Shown here in pieces: positions 46,051 through 57,800 of a stretch of DNA of 64,000 bases. The stretch lies in contig OZ244207.1 in assembly GCA_965216875.1 (NCBI GenBank), positions 8,000,001 through 8,064,000 on the forward strand, given 5' to 3'. The number at the start of each line of letters is the position of its first letter. The first letter of the stretch is position 1. The position numbers were made by a program, and so were the translations under genes. The DNA is from Rubripirellula sp. (GTDB lineage: Bacteria > Planctomycetota > Planctomycetia > Pirellulales > Pirellulaceae). The notes beneath the pieces were generated by a model that did no database searches, had not been told where the DNA came from, and was given only the letters and a program-made list of their open reading frames with translations.

Positions 46051-46446
46051 TCATGGCCACGGAAGTTCCTCAATTGCCACCGGACATTCAACCGGTGGCT
46101 GAAAATTCCTCTCTTCAAGATGAGTGAGAAAACTGGGTGGCAAAGAAACATTGTGTTGGTCCACATAATGAGCCAAGTCATCTGGCCATAGCCAGCAGCC
46201 ATCAGATCGGTATGCGCTGCTACCACAAAGCTCTTCGCAGAGTAAACACTTTGAATTCGGTCCTGATGCAACAACGACAAGTGGGGCATTCAGAAGATAA
46301 GAAACGACCTTTTTCTGCTCGAAGCCTGACCAGTCCGCATCTGCAACAGCTTCCACTTGCGGAAGATCAAGTTCACCATCGTCTGACCGCCAGAATCCGT
46401 ACCACTGATGAGACCAGTTTGCCACAATAGAATCGACCGGTAGCAT
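46051..46446 (-). CDS. Putative immunity protein (DGxWxWPxxLxHYV family)
   Basis: CLLC...SDGCWLWPDDLAHYVDQHNV.LP..F..H; starts 12 bp after the toxin-tip stop. Confidence 0.65.
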   Translation of the reverse strand: MLPVDSIVANWSHQWYGFWRSDDGELDLPQVEAVADADWSGFEQKKVVSYLLNAPLVVVASGPNSKCLLCEELCGSSAYRSDGCWLWPDDLAHYVDQHNVSLPPSFLTHLEERNFQPPVECPVAIEELPWP

Positions 46447-46457
46447 ACGAAATTCCT

Positions 46458-46668
46458 TTACGGAGACGTTCGAGGAGTAAACGTTGTGAACTCACCTGGG
46501 TCACGGAAGTTCGGAACAGTGCGACCACCAACACGCCGACCACCGCTTATGAAGTGACTGCCGTTCTCGGTTGCAAAAATAAACTTGTTGGGCGCAGAAA
46601 CCGGCACGTTGAGTTTATTGGCAAGATTCTGTGCAAACCCAGTTGCACATTGACCTGTGTTGCAAGAT
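46458..46668 (-). pseudogene. Truncated orphan toxin C-terminal domain (SCxTG...FAQxLA type, caspase/C80-like Cys peptidase)
   Basis: SCNTG...FAQNLANKLNVPVSAP; the reading frame runs into the RAYT left-end repeats. Confidence 0.6.
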
Positions 46669-48180
46669 GGAACGACATGGAACGACGTGGGGACTGGAAC
46701 GACGTGGGGACAGAGCATTAAGTGTAGCGACGCGGGGACAGAGCAGGCAGGCGACGCGGAGACAGAGCACGATTCTATTTGATGTTATTGACGTGGCGAA
46801 TTTACGAGCGTTAAATGGAATCGGTCGAGATCGAAGAACGGTCCAATCGGCTTTCGCAAACTGGCTCTTCAAGACGCGGCTCCAGTTGCCGACCTTTGTC
46901 TTGGGGCTCTTCGATGGCTAGGTCTTCTCGCCGTGATGTGTTTGATCCTGTCGATGTAAACGTCGCTCACGTCATCAACCGCACCGTACGCAGGTGCTTT
47001 CTCTTCGGCCAAGATGAATTAACTGGCAAGAACTTTGACCACCGAAAAGTGTGGATCGAAGAGCTGCTCGAACACTTTGCGGCACATTTCGGCATCGATC
47101 TGCTCTGCTTTGCCGTCCTCTCGAATCACTATCACCTCATCCTGAGGACTCGGCCCGACGTGGTCGCAACTTGGGACGACACCGAAGTGGCTCGCCACTG
47201 GCTGATGATCTGTCCGCATCGAAAGGTCGACGGTAAACCGGCCCAGCCGAGCGAATCGGAATTGAACATGATTCGTAAATGCCCGGTCAAACTCGCCGAG
47301 ATTCGCAAACGACTGTCCGATATCTCGTGGTGGATGCGGCTGCTCAACCAACGTGTTGCCCAACGAGCCAATCGTGAGGAGGAAGAATCAGGCCGGTTCT
47401 GGCAGGATCGTTACAAAGCGATTCGCATTGTCGATGAAGAATCACTATTGGCCTGTGCCGCCTACGTTGACCTGAATCCGATCCGAGCCGCGACCGCCGA
47501 GACGCTCGAGGGAAGTGACCATACGTCGGTTCAGCGCCGGATCAACTCCGAACTCGTCAAACATTCGAAGTTGCCGACCGAGACTAGACGCACGCAGCTT
47601 GCTGAGTTCCTTGCGCCATTAACGCTTGACGAACGTTCGGGCGAAGTGGGGCCGATGCCGAGCGAAACCGATTTCCGGTGCAGCGACAAAGGGTTTTTAG
47701 CGATTGATTTCGAAGGCTACATCGAACTACTCGATTGGACTGCTCGCCAGGAAGTCAAAGGTAAACAAGGCAAGACGCCGACGTCGATGCCTCCGATCCT
47801 TCAGCGTCTCGGAATCGAAGCGAGTAGCTGGCTCGAATTAGTGCACTCCTTCGGCAAGACCTTCCGCATGGTCGCGGGACGTTGCGACCGGGTGGATTGC
47901 ATACGAGGTCATGAAACCGGTCGCCGGTTTCGATTGACACCTACAGCGAGGCGTCTCTTGCCTTCCCGGCTGACGGCGTAGCAGCCTTTCTCCCGTGCAA
48001 GCTAACCGCACCGATCAGCTAGCGGTACGCGCGGCCGTTAAGAAAACGGCCGAAAACTTGCAGCCCCAGACCTAAGTGACCCGATCGAAGCCAGAAGAAA
48101 GTTTCGCATCAACACGATGGTCTCGCGCCAACTCATCGCTAGTGGTCTGTCCCCATGTGCCGCTCCCCATGTGCCGTTCG
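46667..48180 (+). mobile_element. RAYT element bounded by inverted TGGGGACAGA motifs
   Basis: Left: GGAACGACGTGGGGAC twice and GCGACGCGGRGACAGAGCA copies. Right: TCTGTCCCCATGTGCCG followed by a CCCCATGTGCCG duplicate. Confidence 0.75.
46914..47981 (+). CDS. REP-associated tyrosine transposase (RAYT, HUH Y1)
   Basis: HVINR, FAVLSNHYHLIL (HUH), GRFWQDRYK, YVDLNPIRA (catalytic Tyr). Confidence 0.9.
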   Translation: MARSSRRDVFDPVDVNVAHVINRTVRRCFLFGQDELTGKNFDHRKVWIEELLEHFAAHFGIDLLCFAVLSNHYHLILRTRPDVVATWDDTEVARHWLMICPHRKVDGKPAQPSESELNMIRKCPVKLAEIRKRLSDISWWMRLLNQRVAQRANREEEESGRFWQDRYKAIRIVDEESLLACAAYVDLNPIRAATAETLEGSDHTSVQRRINSELVKHSKLPTETRRTQLAEFLAPLTLDERSGEVGPMPSETDFRCSDKGFLAIDFEGYIELLDWTARQEVKGKQGKTPTSMPPILQRLGIEASSWLELVHSFGKTFRMVAGRCDRVDCIRGHETGRRFRLTPTARRLLPSRLTA

Positions 48181-48532
48181 ACTGCCATCCAGGCACCACG
48201 GCCTGTCATTCGGCGATCGTCCATGCTCGCCGTGTCTGCGACGCTTTCCCATGCTCGGTTCCAGCGCGGCGGCATCGTGCCGAAGATTGCGACGGCCATC
48301 GTGGCCGTCGCTTGTTGCGCTCGAAGTTGCGCGGACTCGGCATCCAGCCGAAGAAGTTGCGGGGCATCGTGCCCCGCCGGGCTTAGCGCCGTCCAATTGC
48401 GCGCGGGTAAGCCAAGCGGCGCAGTGGTTCCGACGGCTTGCAAGTGCGTCCAGATGGAAAGTCGTTTGGCCGTCGGTTTCAGTTGGAACATCAACCGAGG
48501 TTTCGCCGCGACTGGTCAATCGTTCGCTTCGG

Positions 48533-48844
48533 TCACGTCGTTTGTCGCGGCACTTGTGCGTGAAACGCCTCTTCTGCTTCGCAGACAAGCTTGCCAAGTT
48601 CTGATTCGTAAGGCCACCCGTCCGCAACAGCCATGCCCATGTACCTGTTGGGAATTTCAGCATTCAAAGGATCAGCAAGTGCCGATCGCATTTGCAGAAG
48701 CGTTTGCAGAAAACGTTTAACCTGCGGGTTCATGTAATCAGGGAGGCTTGTGTCGCGATCCCCTGCAACGTGTCTCTCCGCACGTTCAATTGCATTCTCG
48801 ACTCGGTCAACGGCAGTTTCTCGGTTCATTGTCTTAGCCTTCAT
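48533..48844 (-). CDS. Cognate immunity protein of the Rhs toxin, Tsi6-like helical protein
   Basis: ATGA overlap with the Rhs stop; ~100 aa, all-helical pattern resembling Tsi6 by eye. Confidence 0.7.
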   Translation of the reverse strand: MKAKTMNRETAVDRVENAIERAERHVAGDRDTSLPDYMNPQVKRFLQTLLQMRSALADPLNAEIPNRYMGMAVADGWPYESELGKLVCEAEEAFHAQVPRQTT

Positions 48845-51800
48845 GGGGCGATCAGATTGTCGAGGTCCGCGATGTACTTCTGAATCTGACCGCCGGGATA
48901 GAAGCCCTGACGAGCTGCTGGACCTTCAAAGATTGTCGTGCCAGGACGAATCTGGAACTGACGGAAATGAGTCATCTGATTCCAATCCGTCGGAAGTGCC
49001 AACGAATTGCGAGTCGCGGGGAATTCTTCAAACAGATAGCGACCTTTAGGCCATGCGTTTACGTTGTCAAAGTAACGAATGCCGTACTCAGCATCCCCAG
49101 CTACTCGGACTTGCATCGCCTTTCGATCGAACGATTCGAGTACTTGCTTCCGGATATGACGCGGAACACCGGCGTCTCGCAACTGCTGTGACGCCTGCCG
49201 AACTCCTGCATACGCTTCCGGCGTTGCGTGCCTGACCGTCGCTGTTGGACTTGGGGCACGTAGTAGTGACCTGCCAGATCCTAACAAGCTAACGGGCGCT
49301 CCTGCAACCGCATTGATCGATTCAGCCGCTAGTTCTCCGGCAACTCCTCGTAGTCCAGCGGTCGCCGCGGCGCGGAAGAGTCCGGCACCGAGGCCCGCCG
49401 CGTAAAACTCTGGTTGAATCGACGTGATTCCCGCGTCTTCGAGGCCGACGGGAATCGATCGTAACGATCGAAGACGCGTGATGATACCTCCGGTTTCGCT
49501 CTCAAAACCAAATGCGTCCGCTCCATGCAACGGCCCTAGGTTGATTGGTAAATTATCCAATCCCTCCGCCCTGAATTGATTCCACAGGTCGCCTTGCAGT
49601 TCCCTCAACGCCATCCGTTCACTGATTGATAACGCGTCCGACCCTCCGGTCGCGTAGAGGTAGTCGGAGCGCTGGCCAGCTGCCTCGTAGGTGAACATCA
49701 TGTCCAAGGCGCGGATTTGTTGGGGGGTATACTTATTATCGAGGAATCCCATCGCTTGGTCCGCGCGGAGATGCTGCAAGCCGTACCGCTCACCGTAGTG
49801 CAGGCGATTAGCGGCATACTGCGTCTGTACGATACTACTTGCGGCACTCGTGAAACCTCCTACGGCACTACTCAGCTGACTGCTAACTGCTCCTAGGTTG
49901 CCGACGCTGATATTGCCTATCGCTGAGCCGACACCTTGCGCGAAATTCGAAACCGATTCCCAACCACTCGGCGTGGGTTGGGAATTTGCGTAATAGCCAG
50001 CAAGGCTTCCCACAACGCTACTGGCGGTAGAGTTGACCGCTGTCCCAATGCTGCTACCCAGCGCGACGAGCGGGTGCCCACTCAAAACAAGTCCGCTTGG
50101 ATCTCGGAAGTTGACCGGATCGCCGGCGGCATAGCTGTAAAGATTGACTCCTCCAGCGTGCCCGATCGGGTCTTCGCTGATGAACCGACCTTGGCCGCCG
50201 TCGTACCAGCGGGCGCGATTGTTGTAGAGCCCGACATCGCTGTCCCAGCTGCGCCCTGCAAAGGCCGCATCGACGGCAAGGGCATCAAGCGCGACCGACG
50301 ACTCGGTGTCATCAAATACGCCGGTGATGTCGCCAAAAGCGTCGTATTCGAGATGCTGTACCAGCAGCTCGTCGGCACCGATCAGAACATCCCGAACGCT
50401 GCCATTGTGGTCGGTTGCTGTCCAATAGGGACCGCTTTGCGTCCCGCCGTGAATAAGCGGATCGACGTATTCTTGCTCGTAGATTGGCGTGTCGGTCGCC
50501 GGTCCACTAAGCACGCGCCGCTTGTAGCTGCCATCAGTCGTGGTGGTATCGTCCGCGCCGGTCTGGTCGGTCCAGTTGCCTTGCAAAACCGCAACCAGCT
50601 GATCGCCTTGATAGACATAGTGTTCGACATCACTGATGTCCCAGTCGCCACCGCCGTTTTGCGTCTCGACGATTTTTCGCACCAACAGATTGCCGTTGCT
50701 GTAGGTCAAGCGAACACGATCCGTTGCCGAGCCCACAGCCGATGGCTTTTGACGCACCTCGACCAGTCGGTTGCGATGGTCCCAGACGTATTCCACGTAG
50801 TCGCCAGGACCGTTGTCACGTCCGGTGAGATTGCCTTCATTGTCATAGGTGTAGGCTGGGCCCGACCCGCCGTCGGTCGTGATGCGGTTGAAATCGCCGA
50901 CGACTTGGTTTGCGACTTCAACGCCATTGTCAAGGACGCGATCACGATTTCCGGCACTATCAAGTTCGAAGACGCGATCGACGCTCGCACTCAAATCGGT
51001 CGCCGAGACGTGGTTGTCAACCAGATCGTAGTCCCAACTGGCCAACCGCCCCGCGTCGTCAAATCCGGCGACCTCGGTGCGGCTTACATCGAGAGTTGGC
51101 CATGAGCTCGTCGAGTCGACCTGGGTGATCCGCGATGCGTTGTCGTAGAGGTAGTCATACGTGGCAAACGGCGAAGCTGACTCACTGTCGCGGCGGTGGG
51201 CAATCTGTTCCAGCCGACCGGAGGGATCGTATGCAAACTGCGATCCAAAGTAGAAATCGAATCCGTTCGTTCCCGTCTGCGGATCATTGTCGGTGTCAGC
51301 GTGACGGGTGATCGACGTGGTACGCCCCGCATCGTCGTAACCAAAGGCAACCGACTTCTCTCCCTGACCTTGCGCGGCCGCTTCGTTGATTAGGATCTGT
51401 CGTCCCAGCGAATCGAATTCAATCACCGCGTCCACGTAGGTGATGTTGTCATCGGGAATCGATTGATTGATCGGCTCGAACGTCTGCTTGTATTGGTAAG
51501 CGTTCAGTCCCGTGCCGGAGTAGTTCGTTAGGTCGTCGTGTTGGTAGGTCTGTAATAGTTGGGGGTTGCCGCGACTGGCGCCTGACGCGTCATCGGAATT
51601 CAACTGTTGGACAAGCCGACCAAGAGCGTCATACTCGAACGTGTCGGTGTAGACCTGCTGTTGGCTGTACGCGTCATCTAGGAAGTAGGAACGCGTTAGC
51701 CGTCCGAGCTTGTCGTACTCCCAAGCCAGTGTTTGTTCGGCAGTGGAGCCGTTGAGGAACGTCTCGCTCGTTTTGCGATCGAGTCCGTCGTAGTCATAGT

Positions 51801-54800
51801 CGGTCACTCGGCCGTTTCGATCGGTCATTGAATCGAGGTTGCCGCGGTTGTCGAATTGATAAGTTCGCGTATTCGTCCCCGTTTCGGTCGTACCTTGGAT
51901 TTCTTTAGTGACGCGATTGAGATTGTCGTAAACGAACGTTGTCTGGTTGCCGTTGGGGTCGGTCAACGCCGTCATGTTGCCACGTTCGTCGAACGCAAAA
52001 ACCGTCTCAAGGTCGGATGCAGTGGGCATCACTGTGGTTTGCGAGACAATATTGCCAAAGGAATCGTGCAGGTAATCGGTCTGGTTGCCTTCGCCATTGG
52101 TGTGTGAGACAAGGTTTCCGCTTGCGTCATAGCGAAAGTGCTCGACCAGGTCCGAGACAAGGCCATCGGTTGGCGTGGGATCAGGGTGAACCACTTTCAC
52201 TTGGCGATTCAAAGCGTCGTATTCGAATGTGGTGGCGATGCCCGTCGCATCGACTCGTTTCACAACGTTGCCGACACGGTCGTAGCCCGTCGTTGCGGTT
52301 GCATCGATCCCGCCTGAATCGGATGTGACACCAATCGGTCGATTGGCATCATCGTAGGCGTAGCTCGTCGTCACCGAAGCTTCACCTGTTCCGGTGTAGC
52401 TGGTGATCGTGAAGGTTTCGTCAATCAAGTTCCCAGCCGCATCGTAGAAAAACTCCGTACGATGGCGACCCAGATCGGACTGATTCGGTGCGTCCATCCG
52501 CTGAACCGTCATCCGGTTAAGCAGGTCGTATTCGTAGCGGTTGACGACATTGACGTTCGGATCCGAGGAGTTCACAGCGGAAAAGGACGCGACCCGGTTG
52601 CCCACGGCATCGTATTGCCATTCATTTCGGACAAAATCGTTGTCAAGACTTAACGCGGTGGAATTCAGTGTTTCGGCGGTAAGGCGATTCCGCGAGTCGT
52701 ATTCAAATCGATCGACGCGGGTCGGGACGCCCGGCGCCGACTCGGATGTTTCGCGGACGTTTCCATACCCGTCGATCTGGTAGTCGATTACAAGGCTTGC
52801 CAAAGGATTGGACGAGCTTCCGGCAACGTCATCAGGATCAGGAAGTGTCTGCTGAACCAGTCGATTCAGTTCGTCGTAGTCGGTCGTCGTGATGTAGCCA
52901 GGAAAATCGCCGAGTGCGACTTCCGTTGTCGTTAAATTACCGTTGCCATCGTAGCCGAACCGTGTGACGGCATCGTCTGATGGTGCGAGCGTAGTAACGA
53001 CTCCGTTGACCAAAGCCGATCGTTGGGCACGTTCCTCGACCAGTCGGTTGAGTTCGTCATAAACGAACGTCGTCTCGTAACCCAATGGATCGACAGAACT
53101 GACGAGGTTTCCAGCGTCGTCGTAGGAGCTAAGCGAGACGGGCGGAGCTGTGGCGCTGGTGCCGTCAGGATGGGCACCACTTTGACGGACCACACGCCCG
53201 CGGGAATCGTACTGCGACGCAATGGCGTGTCCCAAAGCGTTGACGGAGGCGACAAGTTGGCCTGCAGTGTCATAGACCCACTCGCTGCGGTTACCAACCG
53301 CATCGGTGATTTGAACTGGCCGATCAAGCGCGTCGTAGACCGTTTGCTGGACGTGCCCATTGGCATCTGTCATCGCGACTCGATTACCTGCCGCGTCGAA
53401 CTCGTGCGTAACGATTGGGCTAAGTTGACTAAGCGAGCCGTCGGGATCCGGCAGGATGGATTGATTCAATCGGCCGAACGCATCAAACACATTCTCCGAC
53501 CTTGCTCCGCGTTCGTTTTCCTCAAAACGAACGCGACCTGCAGCATCGTATTCGACAAGACGCTGTGTCCCATCCGCGTGAATCGTCTGCGAGAGTCGCC
53601 CAAGTGAATCGAAGGTAAAGTGGATGGATTGCACCACGTTTTTGCCGAGCGTACCGTTGACGGCCGTCAATCCAGTTTCAACCCGTTGATGCAAGTCATC
53701 GGCTAATAAGTCGGACGTCGCAATTCGATCATCTGCCAGCAGTGTGTCGTAGACAATTCGCACGACCGCGTTGCCCGCTGAATCAAACCCGGTCGTCTCG
53801 ACATAGATAGGCCGTTGGTTTGCCGTCGTTCGGGCGCTGGTTGACGGATCGGCGTTTGCAGCATCTGCGGCGGCAAGAACCATTGTCTTGACGATGCGGC
53901 CGAGATCATCGTGGAAGTATTGTGTGACGTTTCCACGAGCGTCAATGGACTCAATCAAATCGCCAAAGTGGTCGTACTTGTTGGCAACTTGAGTTTCGAC
54001 GGAGCTGTCCTTTGCGGCCAGCGCAGCGGTCACTTGGCCGCGTGGATTGTACGTGACTTCGCTTTTGCGCTGCAACTCATCAACGGTGGAAACGACGCGT
54101 CCCAATCCATCGTAGGAGGTATGGTTGGTCGAGCCATCTGCAAGGTTGGTTTGGATGACACGGTCACGGTTGTCATACACGAGTTCGGTAACACGGCCGA
54201 TCGGGTCGGTCGTCGAGACTGGGTTACCTTTCGCGTCGTAGGTGGTTACCCACTTCGATCCGCTCGCATCGACGCGTGAAACGATGTTTCCGCGATAGTC
54301 ATATTCGATCGTTGTGCCACGTCCAAGCGGATCAATCGATTGGATGATCCTTCCACGGCGATCGTATTCAAATTCAGAGACCAGATCGTCGTCGGTGGTA
54401 AGCGGGTCGCCTAGGTTGACCGACTTCGTTAGTCTGCCGACGTCATCGTAACTCGACGCGACGGATCGACCCGTGCCGTCGGTAAGCAGCTCAGGTGCGC
54501 CGGTATGATGGTACTGAGACGTTTGAATCAGTAAGCCGCTGTCGGAAACCGTTGAAACGCCCTGGCGTAATTCCGTAACATTCCCCGCTGCATCATAGGT
54601 AAACGTTTTTGTGAAAGCGTTGTAGTGGTCGCCAGCGGACGGATCGACTGTTTGATCCACGACCGACTCGACATACGATCCTGAGGTGTCGGGGCCATCG
54701 TAGATGCGGTACGCCGCTGTCGAGTCCGCTCCCGCGACGGTCGTCCAGGTGGTCGCGATGCGATAAAAGCCCGGGACTAGGTTGCTAAACGACCAGGTTG

Positions 54801-57800
54801 CGTGGTTCTGTTGCCCAACCAGAAGCGACGTGAGTTTGATCGCGTCGCCGTGGTATTGATTGAGGCCCGTACCACTTACGGGGCCTGTGTCACCTCCCGT
54901 GGTGTACATCGCGAAGGTCCCCGTGGGACCACTGAAATTGTCGTCGCTGATTCGAATCAATTGCCCCAGGCCGTCCTGGTCGATTCGTTCGATTCGAATC
55001 GCATCAGCGACAACGGCCCCCTCGCCAGCGACCGACTCGAGGCGGATGGTCAGCGAATCTCCGGTGACTTGGAATCGAGATCGTTGTTCTTCGGTTGGCT
55101 GGGTTTCGTCGCGGAGGACTCGCCAAACGACCGCTTCGTTCTCTTCGGTATCGGTTGAGTCGAAGTGACCTCGAGCAGATGTCTCCGACGCAAGCATCCC
55201 AACGTTGACGCCACTGGAGTGGTAGGTGAACGTTGTTACGTTGTCTTCGCCGTCCGTCAGGCTTGTGAGACGACCGGCGCCATCATATTGCATCGACGTG
55301 GAGCGTTCGTTCGCCGTGCCAACATCGCGATGGATGCTGGATTGGCTAACAATATGCTCGCTGCCAATGTCCGTGGCTTGCACGTAGTTGAACTCAGTGA
55401 CAGTTCCCAGTGGATCAGTTGCCCGGTAGAGGCGTCGATTCTTGAAGTCTTGCGTGTTGTAGTACTCAAATACCTCGGTTGCCCCGACCTCATCGGAACG
55501 ATCACGCATCAAGTATTCCGTTCCATCGACAATGCCACCGCTGCCATCCTCGACACCCCAATGAGTGATCACTCGAGAACGATCGTCATGAACGTGGCGT
55601 AGGAGTCGACCACTTTCCTCGTGCACGTAGGTGGTCACATTGCCGTTTTCATCAGTGAATTCGGTGGTGTTTGTGAAGAGGTTGTAATTGAAGCTATGCG
55701 ATGACTTTGGAACAAAGCTCTGGCCTTCGACAACTCCCTCGGTGACGCGAAACGCGCGTTTGTTGGCGTAGTACTCGTAGTCGTGGTAGGTGTCGTCGGC
55801 CTCGATGATTCGAGACATCAGGCCTGTGCTAGGTCCAGCGGCATGGTACTCATATTCAACCTTGTCAAATTCCGGGTTCGTTGCACTGGTGAGCCGAGTT
55901 CCCGCTGGATCGTACTGGTACGTCCAGGTGGCCTCGACAATGCCATCAACAACCTTCTCGACTTCGTGAATCGTTGTGGTCGAGTCATAGTCAAAACGTA
56001 GTGCACGCGAAGTTGTGGCGATATCGTGTACGGCTTCAAGCTCAAACTGTCGAAACCAGTGGTAGTCCAATTGAACACCGTGGCCGTCGCGATCAACGAC
56101 CGAGGAGAGTCGAGCGACATAGTCCAATTCTGTATCGGCAGCGACGGCTGTCACGTTGCCATTGAAGTGATGCTCCAACCCAGTGTCAGATCGATAAACA
56201 AAATTCCCGCTCGTCTCTGTTAGTACGCCGAAGAGTTCTACGGGCGTTTGCCATTGATTGCCAACTTTGGTGAAGGTGTGACGGACACCCGCGGAAGTGA
56301 ACCAGATCATTTCGTCCGGTTTGGTTGGGTCTTGCATCAAGCGATCCCCAAAACTGTGCGTCCAGCCAACGCCCAATCCGACATCAAATTCGGACTGAGA
56401 GTCGTAGTGTCTAGCAAAGTTCAGCGCGACTCCCTTGTTGGGCATAACAACGTCAACATCATCGCGGAACATGTTCCCGTTGAGAACGTTGACTGGATCG
56501 CCGACGTAATTTACGAAATGGGTGGCGGCAGCCTTGATGGTGTCTAGCGTTTGCGCGACCGCGTTGCCTGAGAATCCACCGTTCATTGTCGTGCCGCCAA
56601 GCTGCTGGATCGCATATTGAGCGACGCTGACGCTTGCAGAAAGAGATTTATCTAGAACATAAACTCCTCCCTCCCAATACGACGTGTCATCCCCGGCATA
56701 GCTGTGTGCCTCTGGGATCACCGCTGTCGCCGTATCCACCACATTAGTGGTCAGCTTAATCCAGACTTCATCGAGGATCGCAGGATCTTGGTTGGGCAGT
56801 AGCGATTTGAGATCGGCGCTCGATGTCGCGACGAGGTTCGTACGATTTGCTTGGAATGGGTAATGGTTGGGGCCTTCGCTGGCTCGTTCGCCGAGTTCTC
56901 CACGTACATAGACCGTGCGCCCACCGGGCTCGTCGATGCTATCGATGACCCAGACCGAATTCAAATCCGCGCCGGTGATCGCCGGATCTCCGATGTAAGC
57001 ATCCCGCAGCCCGCGAATCGTCGATACGCTTTCGGTGTTGATCGTTTCCTCGATCACACCACTTTCAAGTGCTGATGCGTTGTAGCCGGTAAGTTGGAAG
57101 AGTTCTTCGTTGCCGAGGTCTGTACTTGATTCGTCCAAGCGAATGTCAATTGAACCGAACGAGCCACCCGGAAGATCGACACCCAAATTGCGAGGTACGA
57201 TGGGACTCTGCAGATGGCTGAAATCACCTGAAAGCAATATGTCATCTGCTAGCACAAGCCCCGCTTGGACATCTCGGTCGTACGGCACATGGTGCATTAA
57301 CGCTTGAGCATGCCTAGCGAACCGCCTTTGGTCATACCAGTATTTTGACGACACATACTGAGTGACATATTCGATGTCAGCGATTGTGGGAGTGTCACCC
57401 GCAGAAATGATCGCTTCACGCCGACGAATCAGGGCGTCATTGGAGTACTGGTCTGCATCAATCGATACGTGGTAATGTCGTCCGAAATCGACGTCGTTGA
57501 TTTGGAATTGCAACGGATTACCGATCGGCACCGAAACGCCCGGCCGAGCTCGATGAATCTGCAAGGTGTTGGTGCCCGCTGGCAACTGAACGGAAGAGCC
57601 GACAGTGTTGCCATCCACAGTAAAGGTCAGCTGGTTGTTTGCATCGACAAACACAGTCATCGCGTCGAGTGCAGCATCGGGCACGATCACATCATGCGAC
57701 CAAGTGTTGGCGACTAGGCGGACCCGATGAGTGTGGTTCAGGGCGAGTGTGGGATTGGCAACCACGTCGCTGAAACTGCCAAGGATTGTTATGCCAGTCG

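Noticed and set aside
45702..48844. Classical integron cassette array
   Set aside because: No intI gene, and I could not identify complete attC palindromes. Only the 35-bp shared motif is supported.
49936..51105. 389-aa plus-strand ORF
   Set aside because: Antisense shadow of the Rhs core.
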